Assembly: GCA_963812155.1 (NCBI GenBank)
Contig: CAWETW010000003.1
Span: forward strand, 1,120,001 to 1,184,000
Source: Vulcanimicrobiota bacterium
GTDB lineage: Bacteria > Vulcanimicrobiota > Vulcanimicrobiia > Vulcanimicrobiales > Vulcanimicrobiaceae
DNA: 64,000 nt
Direction of reading: 5' to 3'
In this document: positions 49,362 to 58,109 of the stretch, piece after piece
Numbering within the stretch: position 1 is the stretch's first letter
How the letters are laid out: each line of letters opens with the position of its first letter
Position numbers and translations under genes: made by a program
Notes under the pieces: model-generated
Seen by the model: only the letters and a program-made list of their open reading frames with translations
Told to the model about the DNA's origin: nothing
Database searches by the model: none

Positions 49362-49446
49362 GCAGCAAACAAGGGGCTTTCCGCAGGCTCAAGAACCCCC
49401 TCCGCTTCTCTTCTCATCATACATTAGGAGACTCGGAGGGTAATTC

Positions 49447-50628
49447 ATGAATTTCGGAAAAATCGCCGCAGCGGTCGCTGCCGGCGCGATGCTGGCTGCG
49501 TGTGGCGGCCAGAGCGCCACGCCGTATGCAGCGTCGCAGGGCAGCGGTCAGGCCGCCCCGTTTGTGGGAACCGGACGCAGCCCCGCGGAGATCAACCACT
49601 GGGTACCGCGTTATCTGGTGATGAAATCGCACGTTGACGTCGCGCAGATCAGAGCGCGCCACAACACCACGAACACGATTCCGTTCTTCACGGGATCGGT
49701 GAAATCGCCGCTCGACAACAAGACGTACAACTACGACATCGTCGGCGCGGATCCGACGAAGAGCACCGGCATTACGAAGGTCAGCGTGGTTCCGATCGTC
49801 TTGGTGGTCACGTTCTCGGACGGAACGGTGCTCGATCCGACGCAGCCCGGCTGCAACGACACGGTGTCCGTCGCCGACCGGTTCTTCAACGGACCGAATT
49901 TCAAATCGTCGCCGCTGGTTTCCAACGGCGTGAAAGTCGGTTCGCTGCAGATTACCGCGGCATTCCAGCGCGCAGAGTTCTGGAACAGTCTCAAGAGCCA
50001 TAAGTACTCGACCAGGCTGGTCCCAGCCACGGCGCCGATCATCGTCAACGTCAACGCGCCGTCGAGCGCCAAGACGGTCGGCGGCGTCTGCACCGGCAAC
50101 TCGCATCGCATCGGCGAAATCGACATCAACGCGTACGACAACATGGTGCAAAGCTTGGCCAACCAGTACGCGACGCCGACGCAAATCCCCGTGGTTCTCT
50201 CGTATAACGTGTTCGAAACCGAAGGCGGCGGCTGCTGCATCCTCGGTTACCACGACGCGTACTCGCGTTCGGGCGGCATTCAAACGTACGCCGTCGGCGC
50301 TTACAACGACGCGGGCGTCTTCGGCAGCACGCCGATCGAAGACATCCACGCGTGGACGCACGAGTTAGGCGAACTCATCAACGATCCGTTCGTCAACAAC
50401 GGCACCCCGGCATGGGGACACGTCGGCCAGGTCGGCGGCTGCCAGAATAATCTGGAAGTCGGCGATCCGTTAACCGGTACGGCCTTCACGCACAAATACA
50501 AAGGCTTCACGTACCATCCGCAGGAGCTGGTGTTCTTCGATTGGTTCTTCCGCACGCCGGCGCAAGGCACGGGCGGAAAGTTCTCGTTCGAAGGCACGTT
50601 CACGTCGTCGCAAGGAGCCTGCCACTAG
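49447..50628 (+). CDS. Conserved hypothetical lipoprotein
   Basis: GGAGG RBS, lipobox LAAC; CCILGYH, HELGE..NDP and LEVGDPL motifs. Confidence 0.85.
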   Translation: MNFGKIAAAVAAGAMLAACGGQSATPYAASQGSGQAAPFVGTGRSPAEINHWVPRYLVMKSHVDVAQIRARHNTTNTIPFFTGSVKSPLDNKTYNYDIVGADPTKSTGITKVSVVPIVLVVTFSDGTVLDPTQPGCNDTVSVADRFFNGPNFKSSPLVSNGVKVGSLQITAAFQRAEFWNSLKSHKYSTRLVPATAPIIVNVNAPSSAKTVGGVCTGNSHRIGEIDINAYDNMVQSLANQYATPTQIPVVLSYNVFETEGGGCCILGYHDAYSRSGGIQTYAVGAYNDAGVFGSTPIEDIHAWTHELGELINDPFVNNGTPAWGHVGQVGGCQNNLEVGDPLTGTAFTHKYKGFTYHPQELVFFDWFFRTPAQGTGGKFSFEGTFTSSQGACH

Positions 50629-50734
50629 CGCGCTCGGCGCATTTCATTCCTTTCGCGTTATGGGGCTTCGCCTTCGGGCGGAGCCTCGTTTTTATCCGGC
50701 GCCCGCTTACGGCGGGAATCGTTATCGAAGATCG

Positions 50735-51392
50735 CACTGCGGACGAACGCGTGGATCGATTTCGTCGCCGGATTCGGCAGCATTCTGCTGACGTTTCTGG
50801 CGGGCGCCGAGATCGATCCGGTCGTTTTACGGCGGCAGCTGGTGCCGTCGACGTGGCGTTGGGACTCCTGTTCGCGAACTGCGACCTGTGGCTCGTGGCG
50901 TTGGTCGTCGCGATCGTCGTCGCCATGGTTGCGGTGCCGCGCTGCTTCCGTTGCTGCGCCGGCGTCATGGTTTCGCTTCCGGACGTCAAGCGGCGGCTTC
51001 AAAGCATGACGATGACGCTGCTCGCGCCTTTTTACTTTCTCAAAGCGGGAACCTACATCGAATTTGGTGCCGCGATTGCCAACGCGTGGCCGATCGCGAT
51101 TCTTTTCTTGCTTAAGGTTGCGGCGAAAATTGCCGGCGTGTTGCCGCTGGCGCGTTTCGCGTTCAAGTATCCGCGTCGAAATGCGGCGTATCTGACGCTG
51201 AAGATGGCGACCGGGCTCACCTTCGGAACGATTTCAAGCCTCTACGGCCTCACCCACCATCTCATTACGCAAGCGCAGTACACGGCGCTGGTTACGGTCG
51301 TCATTCTCACTGCCGTCGTTCCGACGGCGATCGCGCAGCTGGTGTACAAGCCGGCCGAAGAACCCGAAGAGATGGAAGCAGAAGTTCCGTAG
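50735..51392 (+). pseudogene. Decayed cation:proton antiporter
   Basis: Fragments WIDFVAGFGSILLTFLAGAEID and PFYFLKAG...MATGLTFGTISSLYG lie in different frames with large parts missing. Confidence 0.7.
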
Positions 51393-51400
51393 CGATTAAG

Positions 51401-51475
51401 TGGTGGGCGGTACTGGGATTGAACCAGTGACCCCTTCCGTGTCAAGGAAGTGCTCTCCCACTGAGCTAACCGCCC
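51401..51475 (-). tRNA. tRNA-Val(GAC)
   Basis: Cloverleaf; anticodon arm CTTCC-TTGACAC-GGAAG; CCA end. Confidence 0.95.
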
Positions 51476-51532
51476 GCTACGATTCGGGAGCGTGGCTTCG
51501 CGAGCCGCCGCGCGCGTACCTTGCCGCTGCGT

Positions 51533-51561
51533 TTGACGCCGATTGCGATGCATGTTACAGT
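51533..51561 (+). promoter_or_regulatory. Sigma70-type promoter
   Basis: TTGACG-17 nt-TACAGT with TGn extended -10. Confidence 0.7.
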
Positions 51562-51604
51562 ACGTGCACGGCATTTGCCGCACCCACCGCACAAAGGAGG
51601 CACG

Positions 51605-51700
51605 ATGTATAACAATCTCACGATCGCCACGCTCGTCGGGCCGTCCATTTGCGACGGCGGAGCGCTTTGTCGTGGACCTTCGAAGCCTAGGCCGGCGTAA
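51605..51700 (+). CDS. Putative 31-aa leader peptide
   Basis: AAAGGAGG RBS; MYNNLTIATLVGPSICDGGALCRGPSKPRPA*. Confidence 0.6.
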   Translation: MYNNLTIATLVGPSICDGGALCRGPSKPRPA

Positions 51701-51725
51701 CGCGCGCCGGTTCCCAAAGCGTTCG

Positions 51726-51754
51726 AAGGCCTCCGCGATCACCGGGGGCCTTTT
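51726..51754 (+). terminator. Putative conditional terminator (attenuator)
   Basis: AAGGCCTCCG-7 nt loop-CGGGGGCCTT followed by a T/pyrimidine-rich tract. Confidence 0.6.
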
Positions 51755-51790
51755 AAATTCTTCTCTTCATCCGTCAAAACGAGGCATATC

Positions 51791-51988
51791 ATGGAGTACT
51801 GGTTCGAAAAAGAAAGCCGGATGCGCCGTGACGACGCCGTCGAAACCGCTCGCCGTAGCCGGATGATCCGGACTGCCGAGAGCGGCCGAAGTACGAGCGT
51901 ACGCACGCGCATCGCAAACGGCGCACAATCGCTCAGCGACGCGCTGGCCGCACTGGCGCGCGTTCTGCGAACGGACAATGCGGCGTAA
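51791..51988 (+). CDS. Small hypothetical protein (65 aa)
   Basis: GAGG RBS 6 nt upstream; basic, helical. Confidence 0.7.
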   Translation: MEYWFEKESRMRRDDAVETARRSRMIRTAESGRSTSVRTRIANGAQSLSDALAALARVLRTDNAA

Positions 51989-51991
51989 CGG

Positions 51992-53366
51992 TTACGGGTT
52001 GCGGCGAGACGCCGCACGAGCTGCGGCCAATCCCGCCTGCGCGCGCGGATCGTTCGGATACACCGCGAGCGCGGCACGGAAGGCCGCTTCGGCATCGTCG
52101 TACGCGGCACGTTGGAATGCCAGCGTGCCGCGTACTTCGAGCGCCGGCAAGAGCGGAATCAATTCGGCGGCAAACGTCCCGCTTTGAGTTTCGACCGCGC
52201 GGTCGATCCAGCGAGCGGCTTCGTCGTAGCGGCCCTCGTGCTGGGCCAACGTTCCGAAGAAAATTTGTACGACGTCGCCGTACGTCGTCAGTTTGCGCAG
52301 GCGCGCGGCGGCGTCTCGTGCGGAGGCGTCGTCGTTGAGCGCGATTGCGGCTAAGCCGCGGACCGCAAGCTGGCGTCGGCGTCGTCGTGTCGCCGGCAAG
52401 CGCGAATGCGTCGGCATAGCGTCCGAAACGGAGTGCCGTCAGCGCGTCGTACGAGCTTCCGTAAGTCTCGTTCATGCGCTGCGACCACGTGCGCGCCGCG
52501 TCGTAGTCGCTCGACATCATGGCGGCAGAGTATCCGACGTACACGTCGTGGGGTAGGTACCGGTCGTGGTCGGGGTCTCGCCCGGGAGTCTTCTGCAACT
52601 GCACAAACAGGTGGTATGCGCGCTCGCTCGACGCCAGCGCGGCGGCGTAGTGTCCGGTTTCGATCCAATAGTGGGCAGGCATGTGCGCGAGATGTTCCCC
52701 TTCCGGCGGAAGGACGGCCGCGTCCAATCGCTGCGCGCAGGCGCGCGCCGGTGCGCGATCGGATGCGAAATCGTAGAGGTGCAGGCAGAGGTGGTTTGCC
52801 ATCACATTGTCCGGATCGCGCGCCATAACGTTTTCGATCAGCGCGAGCCCGCGGCGCGCATCCGGCGACGCGGGTGATGTCCCGATCCACGTCAAGCCGC
52901 CGGTTTCGAACGACGCCTCTGCGGCGAGTAATGCGGCGGTCTCATCCGTACCGGCGGAGCCTTTGCTCGCAAGCGCAGCCATGGCGTCGCGGTATGCCGC
53001 GTCGTCGCTCTTCCAATCGTCCCACGTTCCGCGGTAGCGCAGTGCCATTGCGTCGATAAAGCGTCGTTGGGCCGGCGTAGCGCGAGCCTCGAACGCAACC
53101 GCGCTTGTCGCCGCGACGCGTCCGCGCGCAAAGCGTTCCTCCGTCATCGCGGTATTGAGATCGGGTCCGTCGGCCAGGGCTTCGCCCCAAAACGCCATCG
53201 CGAGATTCGGCTCGCGGGCGAGGGCGGAAGCAAACGCATTGACGGCGTCGGCGCCGTCGTACGCGTAGTACTCGAACAGTCCTCGGTCGAACGACGCCTG
53301 CGCGACCGCATCGGTCGTCACGGGAAACGACACGGCGGCGAGCGCCGCCAGCACGAGTGCCGTCAC
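51992..53366 (-). CDS. Secreted TPR-like protein; frameshift at about 52372
   Basis: AMAFWGEALA.GP.LN and HLAHMPAH motifs; C-terminal TPR in the second frame; GTGA overlap. Confidence 0.75.
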
Positions 53367-53794
53367 ACGAAAAAGCGTTGCGGGCCGCGCTCGTAGGCGG
53401 CGATCGCATCGCGCCAGGATTGCGGAATCGAAATGCTGGCCTGCGAGACGAAGTCGAACGCAACGACGGTCGTGATGCCTCGCGCCGCGCGGTGTTTCTG
53501 TGTTTCGCTCCAGATTTCATATTCGAAGTCCCACGACTTCGTGCCGATGCGCGAAATGCGGCATCCGATTGCGATGCATTCACGATAGTGCAGCTGACGC
53601 TCGTACGTAAAGTCGATCGTGGCTTGAATTATTCCGCGCTCGCCGTTGATCGGTTCGTTCATAACCTGCGCGAAGTATTCCGAGCGCATCATTTCGGCCC
53701 ACCGAATGTAGGCAACGTTGTTGACGTGCTGCATCATGTCGATATCCGCGAACGGCACCGTGAAGCGCGAGATGAGAGGAAACCCATCGAGCAT
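53363..53794 (-). CDS. Acyl-CoA thioesterase (4HBT/YbgC-like)
   Basis: DIDMMQHVNNVAY motif. Confidence 0.9.
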   Translation of the reverse strand: MLDGFPLISRFTVPFADIDMMQHVNNVAYIRWAEMMRSEYFAQVMNEPINGERGIIQATIDFTYERQLHYRECIAIGCRISRIGTKSWDFEYEIWSETQKHRAARGITTVVAFDFVSQASISIPQSWRDAIAAYERGPQRFFV

Positions 53795-53905
53795 GGGAAC
53801 CGCACTTCGACTCGCGCCTTCCGAGTCCGGGTTGCGAGCTTTGACGGGTGGACATTCGAGCGCCGGTTAAGGTAAGATACCACCTTGTCCGAGGAGCCGC
53901 AGCGC

Positions 53906-53980
53906 GGGCGCGTAGCTCAGTGGGAGAGCATCCGCTTCACACGCGGGAGGCCGCTGGTTCGAGCCCAGCCGTGCCCACCA
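53906..53980 (+). tRNA. tRNA-Val(CAC)
   Basis: Cloverleaf; anticodon loop TTCACAC; CCA end. Confidence 0.95.
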
Positions 53981-54041
53981 TTTTCATGCCGCGGCGGCGC
54001 AGGTAGAAGCACGAACGGCATTAAATAGCGGTTCGGTCCTT

Positions 54042-54118
54042 GGCGCTGTAGCTCAGTTGGTTAGAGCGCCGCCCTGTCACGGCGGAGGTCGTGGGTTCGA
54101 GCCCCATCAGCGTCGCCA
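54042..54118 (+). tRNA. tRNA-Asp(GTC)
   Basis: Cloverleaf; CCGCC-CTGTCAC-GGCGG; CCA end. Confidence 0.95.
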
Positions 54119-54154
54119 CTCTCCTTGCGTAAATCGGCATGAGAGCGTCCTGCT

Positions 54155-54230
54155 GCCAAGGTAGCTCAGTCGGTAGAGCACGCGCCTGAAAAGTGCGGTG
54201 TCGCCGGTTCGATTCCGGCCCTTGGCACCA
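54155..54230 (+). tRNA. tRNA-Phe(GAA)
   Basis: Cloverleaf; anticodon loop CTGAAAA; CCA end. Confidence 0.95.
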
Positions 54231-54247
54231 CGCTCTGCCCTGCGCCG

Positions 54248-54922
54248 CTACGCGAGCGTCCGCTTAAGGAAGTCGACGCTGCGCTTCCACGCCGTCTCGG
54301 CGTGCTCGGGATGGTAGTTTCCCAGACCGCCCGGATTCAAGAACGCGTGCTTGGCCTCGTAACGATGGAACTCGTGCGGAGCGCCGCGCGCTTTGAGCTT
54401 CGCCTCGAGCGCATCCACGCCGGCGATATTGAAGAACTCGTCTTGACTTGCCCAGTGACCCATGAGCGGCATGGCGATCGTCGCCGGATCGCCCGCTTCC
54501 GGCGGTGGGTAGCCATAGAAGATCACCGCCGAATCGAAGTCCGCCGGTTCGCGCATCGCTGCGAGCATCGCCAGCGCCCCGCCCATGCAGAAGCCGGTAA
54601 CCCCAACGTGTTTGGCGCCGTGCTTCCGTAAATAAGCGGCGGCTCCGCGCGAATCTTGCGCGACGGCATCGTCGAAGTCCAATCCCTGCATCAAGTGTCC
54701 GGCCTGTTCGCGCGTGTCGGCGACTTCGCCGCGGTAGAGGTCGGGAACCAGCACGCTGAATCCCTCGGCAGCGAGCCGATCGGCGGTTTCCTTAATATGG
54801 CTCGTTAGGCCCCACCACTCCTCGAACAGCACGACGCCGGGTGCGCCGGCCGTTGTGGCTTCACTGAAATAGCCGGGCGCCGCCGTACCGTCGGGGCGCT
54901 CGAACTCGATCGGCCGTCCCAT
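54248..54922 (-). CDS. Dienelactone hydrolase family protein
   Basis: EWWGL, GFCMGG and HAF motifs. Confidence 0.92.
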   Translation of the reverse strand: MGRPIEFERPDGTAAPGYFSEATTAGAPGVVLFEEWWGLTSHIKETADRLAAEGFSVLVPDLYRGEVADTREQAGHLMQGLDFDDAVAQDSRGAAAYLRKHGAKHVGVTGFCMGGALAMLAAMREPADFDSAVIFYGYPPPEAGDPATIAMPLMGHWASQDEFFNIAGVDALEAKLKARGAPHEFHRYEAKHAFLNPGGLGNYHPEHAETAWKRSVDFLKRTLA

Positions 54923-55281
54923 CAGCGGTGCTCTGCGTGCGCGCCCTCTTCGGCATCCTGCCGATCGAGGTTGCTCTTGCGCCCTTCAAGCAGCCAGCGA
55001 TTCGCTTTCCGTACGTTTTCCATCGGTACGTTGGCAACCAGCCACGCGTACAGCGCGTCGTCGGTCGCATGCTCGCGAAGCGCGTCCTCGAACGCTGCTA
55101 CGGTGATCCCCCAACGTTCGACGACGCCGCGATCCATCGGGCAGGGATAGATGTAATCGTATATCGTGCCAGCGGCTGCTGCGCGAGCTTTGTCGGAGAG
55201 ACGCGCGAGCCAAAGGGCCTCGCCGATTTGCTGGCGGCCCCGTCGCGGAAAAGTCTTTCCATCTCGAAAATCTGTCGGCAT
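54922..55281 (-). CDS. DUF5069-like protein
   Basis: WLARLSDKARA...GTI.DYIYPCPMD motif; TGATG coupling to the downstream gene. Confidence 0.75.
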   Translation of the reverse strand: MPTDFRDGKTFPRRGRQQIGEALWLARLSDKARAAAAGTIYDYIYPCPMDRGVVERWGITVAAFEDALREHATDDALYAWLVANVPMENVRKANRWLLEGRKSNLDRQDAEEGAHAEHR

Positions 55282-55345
55282 ACGTCTCTTGAAACGTCCG
55301 GCACGCGGGCGGGTTGCGCTGCCGAGCGCGCGAACGCATCCGGCG

Positions 55346-56053
55346 ATGGGGCCCTCGACCTCCAATCCCGAGCGCGTTCCCTCCGACGAGCCGCGCTGGC
55401 ACGCCTCGCTGGCCGTGCTTGCGGCGTTAGTGCTGTACATTACGCTCCCGCCGCGCCTGACGCTCGGGCCGATTTGGCTGCCGCCGGTGCTCGTGCTGAT
55501 TCTCTTGATACCCCTTTCGATTCTGGGTCCACGGCGGCACGTGGAAACGCGGCGTCTGCGCTTTGCCGGCATTTTGCTGATCGCGATCGTCAACGTCTTC
55601 AACATGGCGTCGGTGGCCTTGCTCATCAACGGATTCTTCCACCCGATGCGGGTAACGGAGTTGAACTCCGCCGGAATTTTACTGCGTCACGGCGTCCAGA
55701 TATGGCTGACGAACATCATCGTTTTTGCGCTGTGGTTTTGGGAGCTCGACGGAGACGGCCCCGAAGTCCGCGCGCACGCCGGCGCCGCCGTTGAGTTTCG
55801 CAATGCCGACTTCCTTTTTCCGCAGATGCAGAACGCGCTTATCGGAGGTAAACCGATGCCGTGTCTGGATCCGTACTGGAAGCCCAAGTTTTTCGACTAC
55901 CTCTACCTAGCGTTCACGAACGCGACGGCGTTCAGTCCGAGCGACGTGATGCCGCTCAGCCGCTGGGCAAAGGCGCTCATGCTGGTCGAAGCGCTCATCT
56001 CGCTGATGACGATTGCGATCGTACTGGCTCGCTCGGTAAGCTTGATACAATAG
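55346..56053 (+). CDS. Membrane protein, DUF1345-like
   Basis: DFLFPQM and FFDYLYLAFTNATAFSPSD.MPL motifs. Confidence 0.8.
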   Translation: MGPSTSNPERVPSDEPRWHASLAVLAALVLYITLPPRLTLGPIWLPPVLVLILLIPLSILGPRRHVETRRLRFAGILLIAIVNVFNMASVALLINGFFHPMRVTELNSAGILLRHGVQIWLTNIIVFALWFWELDGDGPEVRAHAGAAVEFRNADFLFPQMQNALIGGKPMPCLDPYWKPKFFDYLYLAFTNATAFSPSDVMPLSRWAKALMLVEALISLMTIAIVLARSVSLIQ

Positions 56054-56831
56054 CCTCTCCGTTGAGCGCCTGACGCAAGCTGATGAAAACAGTCGGCGGA
56101 ATCTGGGTGTCGCCTCGGAACGGATAGTCGAACAGCGCGATGAGGACGAAAATGGTCGCGATGACCGTCGTAAGGGCGATCGTCATGACCAGGTGCACCG
56201 CTACTTTGCGGACGCGAAAAATGAAGCAGAAGCCGATCGTGATCGCAGCCAAGATGAAGTTACCGGCCCAGAAGAAGACCGGGATACCCTGCTGATTTGC
56301 GAACAGACGGTCGCGGCGCGCGTCAATGAACGTGGTGGCCAAGCCGAGCCCGCTCTGCTGGATCGACTGTTCCGCCGAGTTTCGCGGTTGATAGTGCGCA
56401 ACGATGGAGAGGGCACGAAATGCGGTCGTGCGGGCTTCCATGCTTTCGCGCCCGAAACGCATTGCGGGCCACTCTTGGTCGATGACGACGTCGATGTATC
56501 GTTTTAGCGTCGTGCGCAGATTCTTGGCGGGCGATCCCGGAAGGTACTCGCCAATATGATAGAGATCGGCCACGGCGCCGGCTTCCTGTGCGACGGTGGC
56601 GGCGGCACCGTCGTATTCCTGCCACACCATGACCAACAGAAACGAAAGAATAACGGCGAGAATCGTTCCGACGGTGCCGATGATCGGTCCGGCAACGTCG
56701 TTGTGGGAGAGTTCGTCGCTCTGCGGGACGATGCGCCGCACCAAAAGGAGTCCCGCGCCCGCAACCGCTGCCGACGCCACGATCACCGATATGAAAAGCA
56801 GCCACGGCGGTATCGCGTAAATCCAGGTCAC
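55995..56831 (-). CDS. Membrane protein, DUF4239-like
   Basis: AVILSF..V.VW, EWPAM and DYPF.G motifs; GTG start. Confidence 0.8.
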   Translation of the reverse strand: MTWIYAIPPWLLFISVIVASAAVAGAGLLLVRRIVPQSDELSHNDVAGPIIGTVGTILAVILSFLLVMVWQEYDGAAATVAQEAGAVADLYHIGEYLPGSPAKNLRTTLKRYIDVVIDQEWPAMRFGRESMEARTTAFRALSIVAHYQPRNSAEQSIQQSGLGLATTFIDARRDRLFANQQGIPVFFWAGNFILAAITIGFCFIFRVRKVAVHLVMTIALTTVIATIFVLIALFDYPFRGDTQIPPTVFISLRQALNGEAIVSSLPSEPVRSQSSSAR

Positions 56832-56970
56832 CCGCGCGAACTTCGCGCGGGTCCGAAGGCGGTCCCCGGTTGCACCTGCCGAGTGCGCGGTTTTACCGCA
56901 AACCCAGCGACTCCGGCGGGTTTGTAGGACGGGATGCGGCACTGCTCGAACCGGAGGGTCGCCGTGGCGC

Positions 56971-57041
56971 GCGGGTATGATGTAATGGCAGCCTGCGACC
57001 TTCCCAAGGTTGATGCGTGGGTTCGATTCCCACTACCCGCT
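56971..57041 (+). tRNA. tRNA-Gly(CCC), CCA not encoded
   Basis: Cloverleaf; CGACC-TTCCCAA-GGTTG. Confidence 0.9.
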
Positions 57042-57067
57042 TAGAGGTGAATGTTGACACGAGGTAA

Positions 57068-57142
57068 GGCGACGTAGCCAAGTGGTAAGGCAGGGCTCTG
57101 CAAAAGCCCCATTCGGCAGTTCAAATCTGCCCGTCGCCTCCA
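57068..57142 (+). tRNA. tRNA-Cys(GCA)
   Basis: Cloverleaf; GGGCT-CTGCAAA-AGCCC; CCA end. Confidence 0.95.
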
Positions 57143-57158
57143 TCCATTCATCCAAGCG

Positions 57159-58109
57159 ATGCGCATAGCAATCGTCGGAGCCGGCGCGATCGGCGGTTTC
57201 CTCGCCGGCGCGCTCGCGCGTTCGGGCGTGCCGGTTGCGATCGTCGCGCGCGGCGAGCACTTACGCGCCATCGCCGGTCGCGGCCTCGAGATCGAGAGCG
57301 ACCTCGGCCGTTTCACCGCGCAGGTCGAAGCATCCGACGACCTGCGGACGCTCGGAACCTTCGACGCCGTCGTCTGCACCTTCAAAGCGCATCAATGGAA
57401 GCCGCTGCTTCCGCAACTCGAAGCGGTCGCCCGCGACGGGGCCACGCTCGTAACGCTGCAGAACGGCTTGCCGTTTTGGTACGTGCGCGATCCTCCCTTG
57501 CGCAGCGTCGATCCGGAGGGACGCGTCGCCGCGCTATTCCCCGACGAACGAATAGCCGGCGGCGTCGTCCACGTTTCGGGAACCGTCGTCGCGCCGGGCC
57601 GCATCGTTCAAAGCGGCGGAACCCGATACGTGTTGGGCGACCCCCGCGGCGGCGTGACGCCGCGCGTCACGGCATTGATCGACTTGCTTCGCGCCGCGGG
57701 ACTGGATGCGGAAGCGGACCCGGACGTGCGTTCTACCGTCTGGCTGAAGCTGGTGAACAACGTCGGGCTCAACGCGACGAGCGCATTGCGCGGGATGCGC
57801 ATCCGGCCCTTGCTCGCCGATGCGGAGTCGCGGGACGACGTTCGCACGCTGATGCTGGAAGCGCTGAACGTAGGGCGCGCGTTCGGCTTCGCCGGAGAAA
57901 CCGACGTGGATGCGCGGATCGCCTATGCTGCGCGTTTAGCGGACGTCAAGACGTCGATGCTGCAAGACCTCGAGCGCGGACGCGAATTGGAACTGGAGCC
58001 GATCCTCGGCGCGGTCGTGGAGCTGGCCGAACGATGCGGGGTCGAGGTGCCGCGCATCCGCGCGAACTATGCGGCGCTGCGGGCGCTCGACGCGAAGGCG
58101 CGCGCGTGA
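57159..58109 (+). CDS. panE: 2-dehydropantoate 2-reductase (ketopantoate reductase family)
   Basis: GAGAIG, LQNG, WLKL..N and SMLQD...GR.LE motifs. Confidence 0.88.
   Translation: MRIAIVGAGAIGGFLAGALARSGVPVAIVARGEHLRAIAGRGLEIESDLGRFTAQVEASDDLRTLGTFDAVVCTFKAHQWKPLLPQLEAVARDGATLVTLQNGLPFWYVRDPPLRSVDPEGRVAALFPDERIAGGVVHVSGTVVAPGRIVQSGGTRYVLGDPRGGVTPRVTALIDLLRAAGLDAEADPDVRSTVWLKLVNNVGLNATSALRGMRIRPLLADAESRDDVRTLMLEALNVGRAFGFAGETDVDARIAYAARLADVKTSMLQDLERGRELELEPILGAVVELAERCGVEVPRIRANYAALRALDAKARA

Noticed and set aside
51401..51475. tRNA-Val 3' end as the att site of a genomic island
   Set aside because: I saw no integrase and no duplicated tRNA 3' end in the window.
14815..52375. Five single-base frameshifts (about 14820, 19400, 32508, 48848, 52372) as programmed frameshifting, phase variation or true pseudogenes
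   Set aside because: Each lies in a 2-4 nt homopolymer, in unrelated genes, with both halves otherwise intact and no slippery heptamer. Long-read consensus error is the simplest explanation; read mapping would decide.
55995..56053. 59-bp convergent overlap of two membrane-protein genes as an antisense system
   Set aside because: Probably just a 3' extension after stop loss; short convergent overlaps are common in GC-rich genomes.
56971..57041. tRNA-Gly without encoded CCA as a pseudo-tRNA
   Set aside because: The stems are intact, and post-transcriptional CCA addition is common in bacteria.
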